A stretch of DNA of 64,000 nt, taken from positions 108,739,148-108,803,147 of the forward strand of contig NC_133621.1 of assembly GCF_048593235.1 (NCBI RefSeq), read 5' to 3'. Shown piece after piece: positions 37,086 through 49,288 of the stretch (positions are counted from its first letter, which is position 1; every line of letters starts with the position of its first letter). The stretch is from Sminthopsis crassicaudata (lineage: Eukaryota). The position numbers were made by a program, and so were the translations under genes. Under the pieces are notes generated by a model, which made no database searches, had not been told where the DNA came from, and was given only the letters and a program-made list of their open reading frames with translations.

Positions 37086-37708
37086 CAGTCTATGATATAC
37101 ACGCTGGTCCTTAGACTTTGCAAAATAAAGAGTAAAGAACTCTGAAGTTCAAACCATTCCGGCTTGGCTCTCTCTTTAAACTAAAAGCAATAATACTGGT
37201 ATGCCCTGAAGAACTTTTATGAAGGTCAATAAATTCATTGTGGAAAAGCACAAGAATTTCTGTTCTTATGTGAGTAGGAGAAAGAGGAGCAAGAGGAGCC
37301 CAGGACAGAAAGGACCAGGCTACAGGAGTAAAGGTCTGACATTTAATGATTAGAGAGAATGCAAGGTTGATCTGTTGATTCTTTTATAAGCACAAAGATA
37401 TGAGATTAATGAACACAACTGCCACAGACACCATGTGGTGGGAATGACTTGTCATTTCTAGCTCACTATACTTCCTAGGCCATGATCCTGGGATCTGCTG
37501 CTCCTGCTCTTAGAAGAAAAAGGACCCTCAGACTCACATCCAAGGAAGCAATCTAGGATACAGACAGTTTTAAGAAATCTTTAATGGTTAGGATTTTTGG
37601 TTACTGATGCAAAACTGTTAATTAAGCAGCACATAGATCAGAGCTTAATGGAAACCAAGGCAGGGACCAGGGAAACAAACAAGATAGATACAAAAAAAGA
37701 AAGAAAGG

Positions 37709-37710
<2 letters not shown>

Positions 37711-37788
<78 letters not shown>
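37711..37788. repeat. Perfect (GA)39 microsatellite
   Basis: Read directly; (UC)39 in EXOC4 pre-mRNA. Confidence 0.98.
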
Positions 37789-37792
<4 letters not shown>

Positions 37793-38179
37793 AAATGTAA
37801 GCATTTTAGATCCTAGTTCCTAACTGAAAAATAAAACCACGTTTTAATTAAAGAAGCTAAACAGAATAGGAGCCTAATGTATACCACTGAATCATAGTTC
37901 TGACTTTGCAAGCATGAACAAAACAGTGAGTTCTTTCTAAGCACTTGGGCTAATTCTTGCAGAAAGCATTTGTCTTCCAGAAGCTATCTTGACCTTGGAG
38001 AAAAATTCTGAGAGACCAAAGTTCCTGATATAGGGACCAGGAGAGAAAAATTTATCCTGTTCTCTATCAATTTAAGATTGGCCAAAGATGCTGGCCAAAT
38101 ATATATGTGTAATTCAGACATGATGGCATGAAAATGAAAAGAATACAATATGGGGTCTATAAAATCAATCTATCAAATG

Positions 38180-40900
38180 ACTTAGTATTTTCTATGTACC
38201 TAGCAGGAGATGTAAGCATATGCACATAAAAATTAAGGAGCAAAAAAATATCAAAGTCTATGATTAGAAATTAAAAAAAAACCCAATGTGGTATATAATA
38301 GTTTGTTAATGCTATAACATAACTAAATTATAAAAGTAAAAAAAAATATTTAGAAAAGGGGAGTGGGAGAATTGGATGTGTTTGGGAACAGCATGTACCA
38401 AGTCTAGGTGGACCTCAGGGCACAAGAAGAATTTACAGTGAGGGATGGGGTCAATTGTGGAAGGATTTAAATGACAGGCCAAGGATTCTGTATATTATCC
38501 TGTAGATAGCATGTGGTTTGACTTGGGATGGGGAGAGAGAAAAATGTACCTGATCAGAGCTGTGCTTAAGGATATTTGATCTGGAAGCAGTTCATAGGAT
38601 GGATTAGAGGAGATTAAAGGGGCTGAGAAGGAAAGCAGGGAGTAATTGTAATAGTCCAGGTGAGAAATAATGATGATCTGAATAAGTGTAGTAGCATTGA
38701 AAATGATATAAAAAAAAGATAGATACAAGAGATACTTTAGAAGAAGAATAGCAAATTCATTTAAAGAATTTCAAGTAAATTTCCTCAAGAAATGTAAGAG
38801 AAGAACAGAAAAGAGAGATGGCAATATGTACTAGGGAGTCAGAAGTGGCTTGTTGTAGGGATGTATGTGGGCAAAGGGGAAGAGGGAAGGCATTCCAGGC
38901 AAAGAACCTAGTGTGAACCAAGACATGGAAGGTGGGAAGACATGGAGGGAAAGGAAGGGCTGTACATTGTCAAGTAATAGAAAAATAAAGTTGGATAGGG
39001 ACAGATTAGGCAGTGTGAATATTTGACAAGTCAAGCAAAGGCATTTAGACTTCAAGGGGAGGCAAAGGAGACTCAGTCAATGTCCTTTGTTCAGTAATCA
39101 ATCAATAAATACATACTAAAGGCACTTTATGCATGAGGTACTGTGCTAAGAGCTGGAGCTACAAGTACTAAGAATGAAACAATACTACTCTCAAGAAGTT
39201 TTTGTTCTAAAAGGGAAGATGAAATAACACATTTGAATGAAATCTATTTAGCATAAATATAAAGTATGTAAAGACAAAATAGTTAAATATAGTACTGGGA
39301 ACCTAGAAAGGCTTTATGCAGAAGAAGGTGTATTTTAGCCTGCATCTTGAATGGAGAGAGAGGGACTTTATGAGGTAAAAGTAATGATAGGTGAATTGTT
39401 GAGATATAAATGGCAGGTTAAGACAAAGAGCTGAGAGCTATAGTAGCGAGGAATTGAGGGAAGGCCTGTTGGGTTGGATGAGAGCACAGACAAGGTGAAG
39501 TAACGTCCATTGATTTGGGAAAGGTAGGTTGGAATCAGGGCATAGGGCTTTAAACGCTAAACAGAGGCATTTATATTTCATATTAAAGGCAATAAGAAGC
39601 CACTGGACTTAATACAATAGAGGAGTGACAAGGTCAGAATGAGGTTTAAAAAATTATTTTTTGTATCAGCGTGTTGGCTGTACTACACTGGGGAGAGAGA
39701 GGGGCAGGACCAATGAAGTGACTATTGCAATAACTTGATAAGAGATAATGAGGGCCTACATTAAGAGCATAACTATGTAAGTAGAGAGAAGGGGTTGGAT
39801 GTGAGTGATATTGTCAATGTAGAAATCTAGGTCCAGGAAGATATAAGAGTGTATGTGGACAAAGGGGAAGCCTTGCTGACAGAGAGCCAAGCATGAACCA
39901 AACCATGGCAATAAAAAATGAGTATGTCACATATGGGGGAAAAGCGAGCAGATGGGACCCTTCTTGAAAAGGGGGTGTGTATTATCAAGTAATGGTAACG
40001 CCAACATTGGCAACTAATTGCTCTGTGAGGTGAGGGAGAGTAAGAAGTTAAGAAAAATTGCAGATTATGAATCTGAGAAGGATGGTGGTGATGGAAAATT
40101 TGGAAGAGGTCGGAAAAAAGAGGGAAAAGAGGATCCAGGAAAGAACTTTGGGGAACACTCACAATTAGGGGGTGTCATATAGATATCTATATGACATATA
40201 GTATCTATATGACACTGGGCTAGCAAAGGGAACTGAGTAGGAAGAATTGTGATGTTTGTAACAGGCTCCAGGATGTATGAGGTGAAGTGAGACAAGTAGG
40301 TGTAAGATGAGAACTTAAAAGTAGCAATTTGAAAAGAGAGGAAGGAGAATGATTTTGAGACTGAAAGATTTGGTCATCTACCCTGCAACTAACTAACTTT
40401 GTTAGAGATATCTAGAGGTGACAACAGAAATCATCAACAAAAAAAGATCATTAAGGGAATTAGTGTTGAGAAAGAAGTCCAGAAGTCCCAAAACCCCAAT
40501 GTGGTTATCATTAGGAGGCTAGAGGAAGAAAAATAGCCAACAAAAGCAATGGAAAGGGGTAGAAGCACAGAAGGGAAGGAGAAGTGTGAACAGTCAAAAG
40601 AAGTATTAAGTTTTGGAGAGAGATTAAAGAATGAGGCACGAAGATGTGACAAGGGAACTGCCAAAGTACATGTAAGAGATGATGAAGGCCTGACCCAGGG
40701 TGATTGGAGAAGGAGCTGAATGCAAGATATGTGCATGAAGAATTGCCAAGATCTTCTGACTTATTGGATATGGGGCAAAAGGAGAGTTAGAAGGAGTCAC
40801 AAGGGACCTGAGTGACTTAAAGAATAGTGGGAAGTTAGAGTTTGGGGGGGGGGGAGGTTTAGAGTGAAAGGGAATGAACTTAGCTTTGGTTTATCTATCT
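38180..40900 (-). mobile_element. Series of decayed L2 fragments
   Basis: L2 3' ends (aatcaatcaataaatacat...gtgctaag) and purine-rich antisense body motifs (ggagccactgga-like, gtgactattgcaata, gggaacactcacaattag). Confidence 0.6.
40172..40215. repeat. Perfect 24-bp palindrome with a duplicated right arm
   Basis: tgtcatatagatatctatatgaca (40173-40196) equals its reverse complement; second arm tctatatgacac at 40204-40215. Confidence 0.92.
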
Positions 40901-42914
40901 AAAAGACAGCTGGGTTAGATGACCACTAAGGGAGAACCTTATAAATTCTAAGAGACTATAATTCTTTCTCATCTGATAGGACATATAACTGATTAATTAC
41001 AACAGATGCTGTAGAATATATGAAGAAAAAATATCTATCAAGTCTATAAGATAAGCCAGACACCAAATATTTTCTAGTGGCATCATTGGGAAGTAGAAAC
41101 AATATTCATTTTTAAGGTGATCCTAATCCTTGAAATAATTTTTAAAAAACAAAGAAAGCAAAACACTCACAAACCCACATAGGTAACAGTCATGGATCAA
41201 AAGCCTCAGAATATCATGGTACTGACAGAGATCAGGAGAAAGGTGCATTTGGCCCTGTTGTGTGAGAACCCAGGAGAATTATAGCAGGAGAGGTTACTTC
41301 CAGCTCCTTGAAGGCTGAGGCTGCTTTTTACCTCTTTCTGTATCCCTATTGCTTAATACAGTGCCTGGATCATAGTAAGTGCTGACTGATTGATTGATTG
41401 ATTGATTGAATGACAAGATAGCATTCTGGCAACAAATGCATAGAGAAACATCTATAAGGCTCTGTTTATTTTTTAAAACACTGAATTTATTTTAAAAACT
41501 TTTCCCTGGAAAGCATTTCTTCCTCCTTCCCTACCCCACCAAAAAACCCCCAAAAACTCTATCCCCTGAAGCTTAACTCAGGCACAATGTTTATCTATTC
41601 TTGATTGTGAATCTGAGAAAGCATCTTGGATTCATCAGTCTAGAATTCTGTGAAAGGATTCCAGTAGATGGCAGCATGTTATTGCTAATCCCTCTCAATC
41701 ACATCACACACTGGTCAATTCAAGTAGGAAAACTGGAATCTTTCTTGCAGAAAATGAAAGCAATAATCTTAGGACCAAAAGGATATAGGAAATAGATCTT
41801 CCTGAAGGCTCCTTCTGGGAGAAATTCACCATTTTTGGCTTTGTCTGCACCTAGGGGAGGTTGTATGGCCTAAGATAAAAGCCTTGCTTTATGTCTGGAA
41901 ACCTGGATTTCTATTTGCCTTTGCAACTGGCTGTAACCTTTGGGAAAGCATATGGGAGGTTTAAGGAGAAGAAAATAAAAATTGTTGCCTTCTCAAGAAG
42001 GGGGGCGGGGAGAGAGGGAAAGATTTAGAAACTCAAAAAAAATTTTTAAATGAATATTCATACTGTTTCTTACATGTAATTAAGAAAGAATAAAATGAGA
42101 AAGAAAAAAATAAAGGTTCTACATGAATATATGGACATAACCTTATTGATACTATTTGGGTGCTTATGATATACCTGGACATTCAGATTCTTAGAAAATA
42201 TTTTTCCTGAGAAAAAAGAATGTCTCTTTTGGATCACATGAAAGAACTTCACAAGTTGCTGGTTCAGAATTCTTGGTTCAACAGTCAGGCACAGAGAGCA
42301 GTAGGGTAGGGGTGGGGTTAGGGTGTGTGATGGCAGGGTGAAGAACAGGAGAGGTGATGCAATAAATAAAACTTACACCACTCTTTGGGTGAGAAAATGA
42401 TTGCTTTCTTGGTGCAGCATGGATGCTTTCTGCAAGACCAGCAGGGGCAGCTGAACAATTTGAGAGCAATTTGTGTGGCTTTGAGAACACCACTTAATAG
42501 AAGTTCAGGAAAGGGGAAAAGATTCAAAAGATTCATAGTTCCTTTTAAAGTTTTCTGCTTAATATGAAAACACTATTGGGGCACTTTTTCAGGGGTTTAT
42601 TACTTGTTTTAAAAGTAGGTTGGGAGGGAGGTACTTTGTAAATCTTAAGGAACTACATAAATAGGAGTTTTTATTATCTCAATCTTTGATTTTCAACTAC
42701 CTGTTGCTTTATTATCCCAAAATATAACCTTTCAGATTCTTAACACTGAGTTCCGAGGAGAACCTCTCTTCACTGATGAGTCATTTTTCTCACTCCTTTC
42801 ATCACTACCTCTGAGGAGGCATGGCAATTGTAGTTTTCTCTCTAGCTGTTCTGGGGTCCTGGATTGGGTTCTGGCCCTTTGTCACTCCCAAGGTTCTGAT
42901 GGCAAGGATGCATA

Positions 42915-44460
42915 CGAGTCACAGAAGCTAGAAAGTGAAAAGGAGTTCAGGACCCATTTGGTCCCTCTAAATTATACTTAATGAGTTTCCCTTAGGTGAA
43001 GGGAAACCTCTTCTCCTCTGAATAGCTTTAATTGTTAACAAGTTTAACCTGATGTTTCCTAAATTTGCTTCTATTTAAATTCTCTAATCCTCTTGCTCCT
43101 AGTTCTGCTTTCTTGAACCAAGCAGATTGAGGCTCATCACTCTTCCCCATGGCAACTTGTCAAATACCTCAGGATAGAATCATATATTCCCTAATCTTCC
43201 CTTCGTCAAGATAAATATTTCCAGTTTCCATGTATCATCCTCATAAGGCATGATCTTAAGAGCTGTCATTGAATACTGGTTGCCTTTCTCCAGATGTTCT
43301 CTAGCTTTGCAATGTCCTTCCTAAAATGTGGTACTTCTAGCTGAATACAATTGTTCCTTCCCCATTACAATTTCGATATGTCACTGGTTGGCCTAAGAAC
43401 TTAAATGGGAATGTTACAGAAGTTGCAGATGACACGTGAAGGCAAACAAATGACACAAGAAAAGTTTAGAAACTCAGAAATGCACAAAATATGTGTATAA
43501 TAGTGTACAATAGTAACATATTTTTATCTTTTAATAATTCAAATTTCTCCTCTGATATGAAGGGAGGGTTGAAAAATTTTACATCGATTTTCCATATCAG
43601 AGTAATGTGAAATGTGGAAGAGACAACTGTAAAATTCTCTGGCATATTTAGTCTGGAAAAGATAGAATACTGCCATGCTATGTATACATATGTGTGTATA
43701 TATATGTGTATTAGTATTTATGTATGTGTGTATACATATATATGTATACACACATATATATGTATATATAAAATAAATACTATCACCTTCTTAAAACTGG
43801 AAACTATGCTTCTCTTAACAAATTCTAAGATGGCGAATATGGTAGCTTTCATATTGCTTACTTGTTGAATATGTAGTTCACTTATAATTTTTTCAGGAAA
43901 ACTGCTGTCTGGTTACACTCTTTCCTCTTTGTACTCTTGAAATTTATCTTTAGAACTTAAGTTTAAGACTTTGCATTTATCCCTATTAGATTTCGTCTTG
44001 TTATATTAACCTCAATGTTCTTGCTTGTTTGTTATACTGTCTCTGTCATCCACTAGGATGGTTTGTAGTTTTTAAGTTAACAAACATTGCAGTTATGTTT
44101 TTGTTCCAGGAAAATATTCACTAGCACAAGGCCAAGTAGAGATCCCTTGGGTGTTCTGCTAGAATCCTCTTTCCAAGATGTCATAAGAAAAAACAGTGAT
44201 TTTTTAAAAAGTCTTAATCTACCCAACTGTATGACCATCTACTTAAAAGCTTTCTAGCTTTTCTGTGTGAGCGGCATGAGAGATTATCAAATGCTTTGAT
44301 AAAATCTAGGTAAATTATATCTACAACATTCCTCTGTGGGAATCCTTTTTGATCTACTAGTCTGGTAATCCTATAAAAATTAAATTAGATGTTTTTCTAG
44401 GTGTTGACTAACCAGCCTTTAAACAGTATATCTTAGAATTTTCCCAGGTATCAAATTCAA
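42915..44460 (-). mobile_element. L3/CR1 LINE fragments (about 42915-43350 and 43905-44460) split by younger sequence
   Basis: gctcctagttctgc...aagcaga, aatgtccttcctaaaatgtggt, actttgcatttatccctatta, caaatgctttgataaaatctagg. Confidence 0.7.
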
Positions 44461-47400
44461 TTGAATATCTCTTGTAATAGACTTTAATGATAAAAGAATA
44501 GAGATTATTTATTAATGGGAAATAAAATCAAAGACTTATTCCATTTCTGGAATAATAAAAATTCAAGAGATTCACTGAGCATACGTATGAAAACAAAAGT
44601 GACTACTTAGGAAGAAGAATATTTTAAAGGTTTGTGCTGTAAGGTACACAATAGCTTCTGCCTAATCCACAAAGCCAATTCAGTTTGAAGGTGATACTGC
44701 AAATCTAGCATTTTGTAAGCCATACTTTGAGAACCCCCTTATTCTAACTGCACATTTTTCTCCTACCCATACTCAGACTCTAATTCAGATGTGAAATTTA
44801 GAATCCCATTGCTACATCTCCATAAAGTGCTACTTCATTTAAGGCATATATGGAAGAGATGGAAATCTATCAGTAAAACACTTTGAAATATTTTCCTTCC
44901 AGAGAGACTTGGGAATCTTTGTGTGAGCTGAAACAAAATGAAATAATCAGAATCAAGAGAGTTATATGTAATGTCTATTTGTGTGCACCATAGACATAAA
45001 CACCTAGATGCTGAAGTATATATAGATACCTCAATAAATATGGAGGAGAAAAATGCTAGAAGGCATTAGAAGGTAGATCAATGAAATAATCAGTCTTGAT
45101 TCCAAAAAATTTAGAATGAAATACATGCCTTTTTTCTCATTACAGAGATGCTAGAGTATAGGTAAAAAATGAGGTATATACTGAAAGCCAGTCAGTGCAT
45201 TATTTTTGCTTAACTGATAATTCTTTGCTACAAGATAAGTTTCTAAGTGGATTGAGGGTATTTGGAAGGAATAACATTACTGAAAAAAAATCAGTAAAAT
45301 ATTTTCCCCTCTGAATTACGAAGCTAATTTTATCATAAATTAGTACTGTTCTCCTTGATTGATTTGAATTTCTAAGCCCACATCTTTATTTGCAATAACC
45401 TGATAAATGTGAGACTGAAGAGAAAAGACATATAGCTCAAAGATAAGTAGAAGGGAATGCAATATCTTTTATTAGATGTCATCTGTTCCAATTTTCTTAT
45501 TTTATATATGAGTAAACTATAGCCCTTGGAGATTTAAGTGACTGGCTCAAAGTCACAAAGACAGTAAGTAATAGAACCAAGATATAAACCCAAGTCTTCT
45601 GACTTGAAATCTTTTCTCTTTCCATTGAACCATGTGGTCTCTGCAAAGATGACTTGAGAGAAGAAAGCAGTAAAGACAAAAAATTGGGGAGAAATAAGAA
45701 TGAGATAATTTAACTACCCTATGGAGAGAATTCAGTTATAAAGCAAATGCATGGGAATGGATGGAGAGGAAATTTTAGGCCACTTATCTTGACTATCATC
45801 TTTATTTAAAAATCCCGCAGAATCACAATACCTTTGTTAAACATTGCCGTATGATATATACAGTTTTAAAATCCAGCACGGACATCTCTCAGGATAATGC
45901 AAGAATATTGAACATGTGGGTCCTGTCAATACTTCTGTGAATTACATTTACAGAATCACATCATAGCTCGGGCAAAGATAGAGTCTGATGGAAGGAATTA
46001 CAAAGCAGACTGATGACACCCTTTGGCTTTCCAGTTAATCTGCAGAGATTTCCCAGGACAAACTATCCTTCTGAATGTGGAAATTAACAGCAGGGTCAAA
46101 GAAGCCAAACCCACGTCAGGGCTTAAACGACCATTACCACAGAAGACAGGGAAGGGCATACTATTATCCCAGTGATGTTGCAAAGTGCTTTGAATCCTTT
46201 GTTCATCTGAGGTTTATCTCCCTGTTCACAGTTTAAATTATGCCATTGGTTTGTAAAAAATGAAACAACCAACGAAAAATGAGTAATATCTATCTATCAC
46301 AGTCACAAACGCTGTAAAAATTCTCAAGGTATCTAAGTCTAATATTAATCATCAAAGAAATTATCTTGGTAGTCCCAGCATAAATGGGATTGCACAAAAT
46401 CTTGTCCCCTTCCCTCTCCCATCCCCTGCTCCCACAATTTAATAGAAAAGGCTTTCCCTTTTCAAAGGCCAAGGTCATAGAGTTTAAATAACAACAAATT
46501 GGGAAACTATGAGAATTTTGCAACTTCTTGTTAAATAAGTTTTCTGACACATGGCAAACCAATGATTAATTACTGTGCTTGAAGATAACATTCCTATAGA
46601 GAGTCAGTGGAAATACAGATGCTGTCCATGCTTGATTAGCCAGTGTTTAAGGAATGCTGAGCCACACTCCTAACGTTCTATTCTTGGCTATTTCTGTAAG
46701 TTTATCTTACATAGTTTGAAATTCAGTAGAACTAATGGGATACATTTCACAGAAACTGCCTCTCTCAGGAACAGCAAAGGAGGAAAACATAAGGATATAG
46801 GCGGTACGTGTCCATGATTGAGGAAATTGGAGGGAAGCAAAGAAAAGGGCATGGGGAACCAAACCCATCTAGGAGCACACATGTATCATACCCCCTTGTG
46901 CACACACATATATGGACATGTACATGTGTATGTGTGCTAATGGGCACTACATACAGATAAACACACATTGATTTCTCTTTGTTACAGTGTAGGTAAGCTG
47001 AGATTCTGTAGGAAATTTCTGATCTTCAATCAAGTTAGAATATGCTCAAACCAGGGGCTAGTAAAGCCTTTCTTAAATTCCTGGTGAGCAACTTCACCAT
47101 ACTAAAGGTGAAATTTGTCACCATCTACCAGCAAATAAACCTTGATTGACTGGCTCAAAATCCTCAGCATCTCTCACATCTCTATATACTGTTTATATTT
47201 CAACTGACTTTTAAATACACGGTCTATTTAGTCTTCCTAACTTTGAGTCAGATGTTATTCCTTTTTTATAGATCACTGGGGCTAAGGGGCTTGCCAAGGG
47301 TCACCCAGCCAGAAGGGCAGCGATGGCATTAGATTTCTGCTCCATAGAAGTGATAGTGAAATTTCTAAAAATGCAGAGTTTGGAGTGTTGTCTGAGAGAA

Positions 47401-48439
47401 CTAAGAGGCTCCTGATTTTGCCCAGGGTTCACACAGTTGGTGTGCCTTTAGAGACTGAACTTGGACCCAAGTTTCCATAATTCCAAGGCTGATTCTCTCT
47501 TTGCTAATGCAAGATCTAAGGGCTAAGATCCAGACCTGTCTGGCATCTTGTTGGAGAGAAACCAGTGAAGTCACAGCTAAAAAGGGCAGGATCCGTCCCA
47601 GACAAGGAAGACACGAGACATCTGGGAAAGGCAAAACTCAGTAGCCATCAGTTATCGCCTGGAGCAACGCTTCCCCACTAGATAGTTCACTGATGCCAAT
47701 CTCAGGACCTAAATACTGCTCAGTCAGCATTTCATTAACTCGGATGCCAGTTGCTGTTAGCACATGTTCAGGCCCCATACTGTCTGCCAAAAACCATGCT
47801 AATTTACTTAACATTTCAGCTAAAGAAAAAAAAATCATTTAAAAAGGGATGATTGAATTTAGGAATTATATTCCACAGAGAATTAGTAATGGTTCTCAGT
47901 GTCCCTCAGGCCTCCATGTTCTTAACTTCCCCTTGTCAATGTTATTATGAATAGACTAATTCAATAATGAGATCATTCCCCATAAGACAGGCCAAATAAA
48001 TGCAACATTCAGTCACACCTGGTTTTCCTAATGTGAGCAAGGGAAGCTTTCCACCTAATTCAGTTTGTGACATACCCAGAAATATATGAGGACAAAGGAG
48101 GACAGGGAGCAAGACAAATAGGCTCAACAGAGTCACGTAACAAAACCCAAATGTTGTAATAACTTTCCATAGGACATGACATTTCTTTATCTCTTTAAAT
48201 GTTACCCCAATTTTTTATCTTTCCTGAACTTTTCTATGAAGCAAAAAGTCAAATTAAAAGATGCAAAAATAAATCACTTTTTTATAACATGGGAGACATC
48301 AAGATTAGGAATAAGGGATGATTTCTTGACTATGAGCACTGTCAGACACTGGCTGTCAGTGATGGAGTTCATAGATTCATCTGTTTTTGTCTTTTTTCAT
48401 GTATATAGGGAGATAGTGTGTTTACTTCTCTATTGAGAG

Positions 48440-48930
48440 GCAATGTGGCAGCACAGATACAGTGCTGGACTAAGAGTCAGGAACACCTGGGTACAAAGGT
48501 TGCCTCTGACACATTGTGACTGTGTGACCCATGGTAGCCAGCTGGTACAATGGATAGAACCTTAAGTCAGGAAGATTTGAGTTCAAATCTCACTAGCACT
48601 GAGAACTTGGACAAGTTACTTAATATTATTGTCTCAGTTTCTTTATCTATAAAATGAGGATAATAACAGCAACTAATTCCCCAGGTAATTGTGAAGCCCA
48701 GATAAGATAATCTGTGTAAAGCACTCAGGCCAGCATCTGGTATACTGTAGATACTATATAAATACTAGCTATTATTATTATTATAATAATCAATCATTGT
48801 TATTGTTAACTTCTCCCAAATAAGTCTCTAAGGTCATAAATTGCAGAATGAGTATTAATCTGCATCGGTGAAGGAGGTTTCCCCATGAGAAGTTCCCTGC
48901 AACACTGAAGTCATGGGTTCGGTCCAACAA
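48440..48930 (+). mobile_element. Cluster of MIR/CORE SINEs
   Basis: gaggcaatgtggc...aagtcaggaagatttgagttcaaat...gtctcagtttctttatctataaaatgagg. Confidence 0.7.
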
Positions 48931-49128
48931 GGGCTTGTCTGTCAGGGATAAGACATGCTTGTTTTTCTTTTACTCTCTAAATGGGCACAGTTGCACCATG
49001 GAAAGAGATGAAAACCAAACACGTGTTCTGGAACCTCAGGCCCTTTACAAGTGCATGTACTTACTCATGAGATCCCAGGCTCTAAGTGCACTATAAGTTC
49101 ATACGTGACCCCCAAGCTTTCCCTGTAC

Positions 49129-49288
49129 CTTGCAAAGTCCAGGTCTGCCTCTCGTGACATGGTGATGTTGGTCAAGTTTTGCTGAAGCACAAAGATGTTC
49201 CTACACATTTTCTTGATGCCAGATTCACTGATGCGCCTGAAGTACTGAGCCCCATTGATCAAAATGCAGGAAATCAAATGGCCCAAAC
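49129..49288 (-). CDS. EXOC4: EXOC4 penultimate coding exon, equivalent to human exon 17
   Basis: Translates [54 protein letters not shown]. Acceptor ttgttccaacag|GT, donor CAAG|gtacag. 160 bp; phase 1 start matches the exon 16 end. Confidence 0.98.

Larger units (their letters stand above)
1..49128 (-). other. EXOC4: Probable final intron of EXOC4 (terminal exon outside the window, or in the gap)
   Basis: The expected last-exon peptide (QYYEMLYNT...KITTV) was not found by eye downstream of the 49128 donor. The mammalian EXOC4 last intron is tens of kb long as I recall. Confidence 0.72.
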
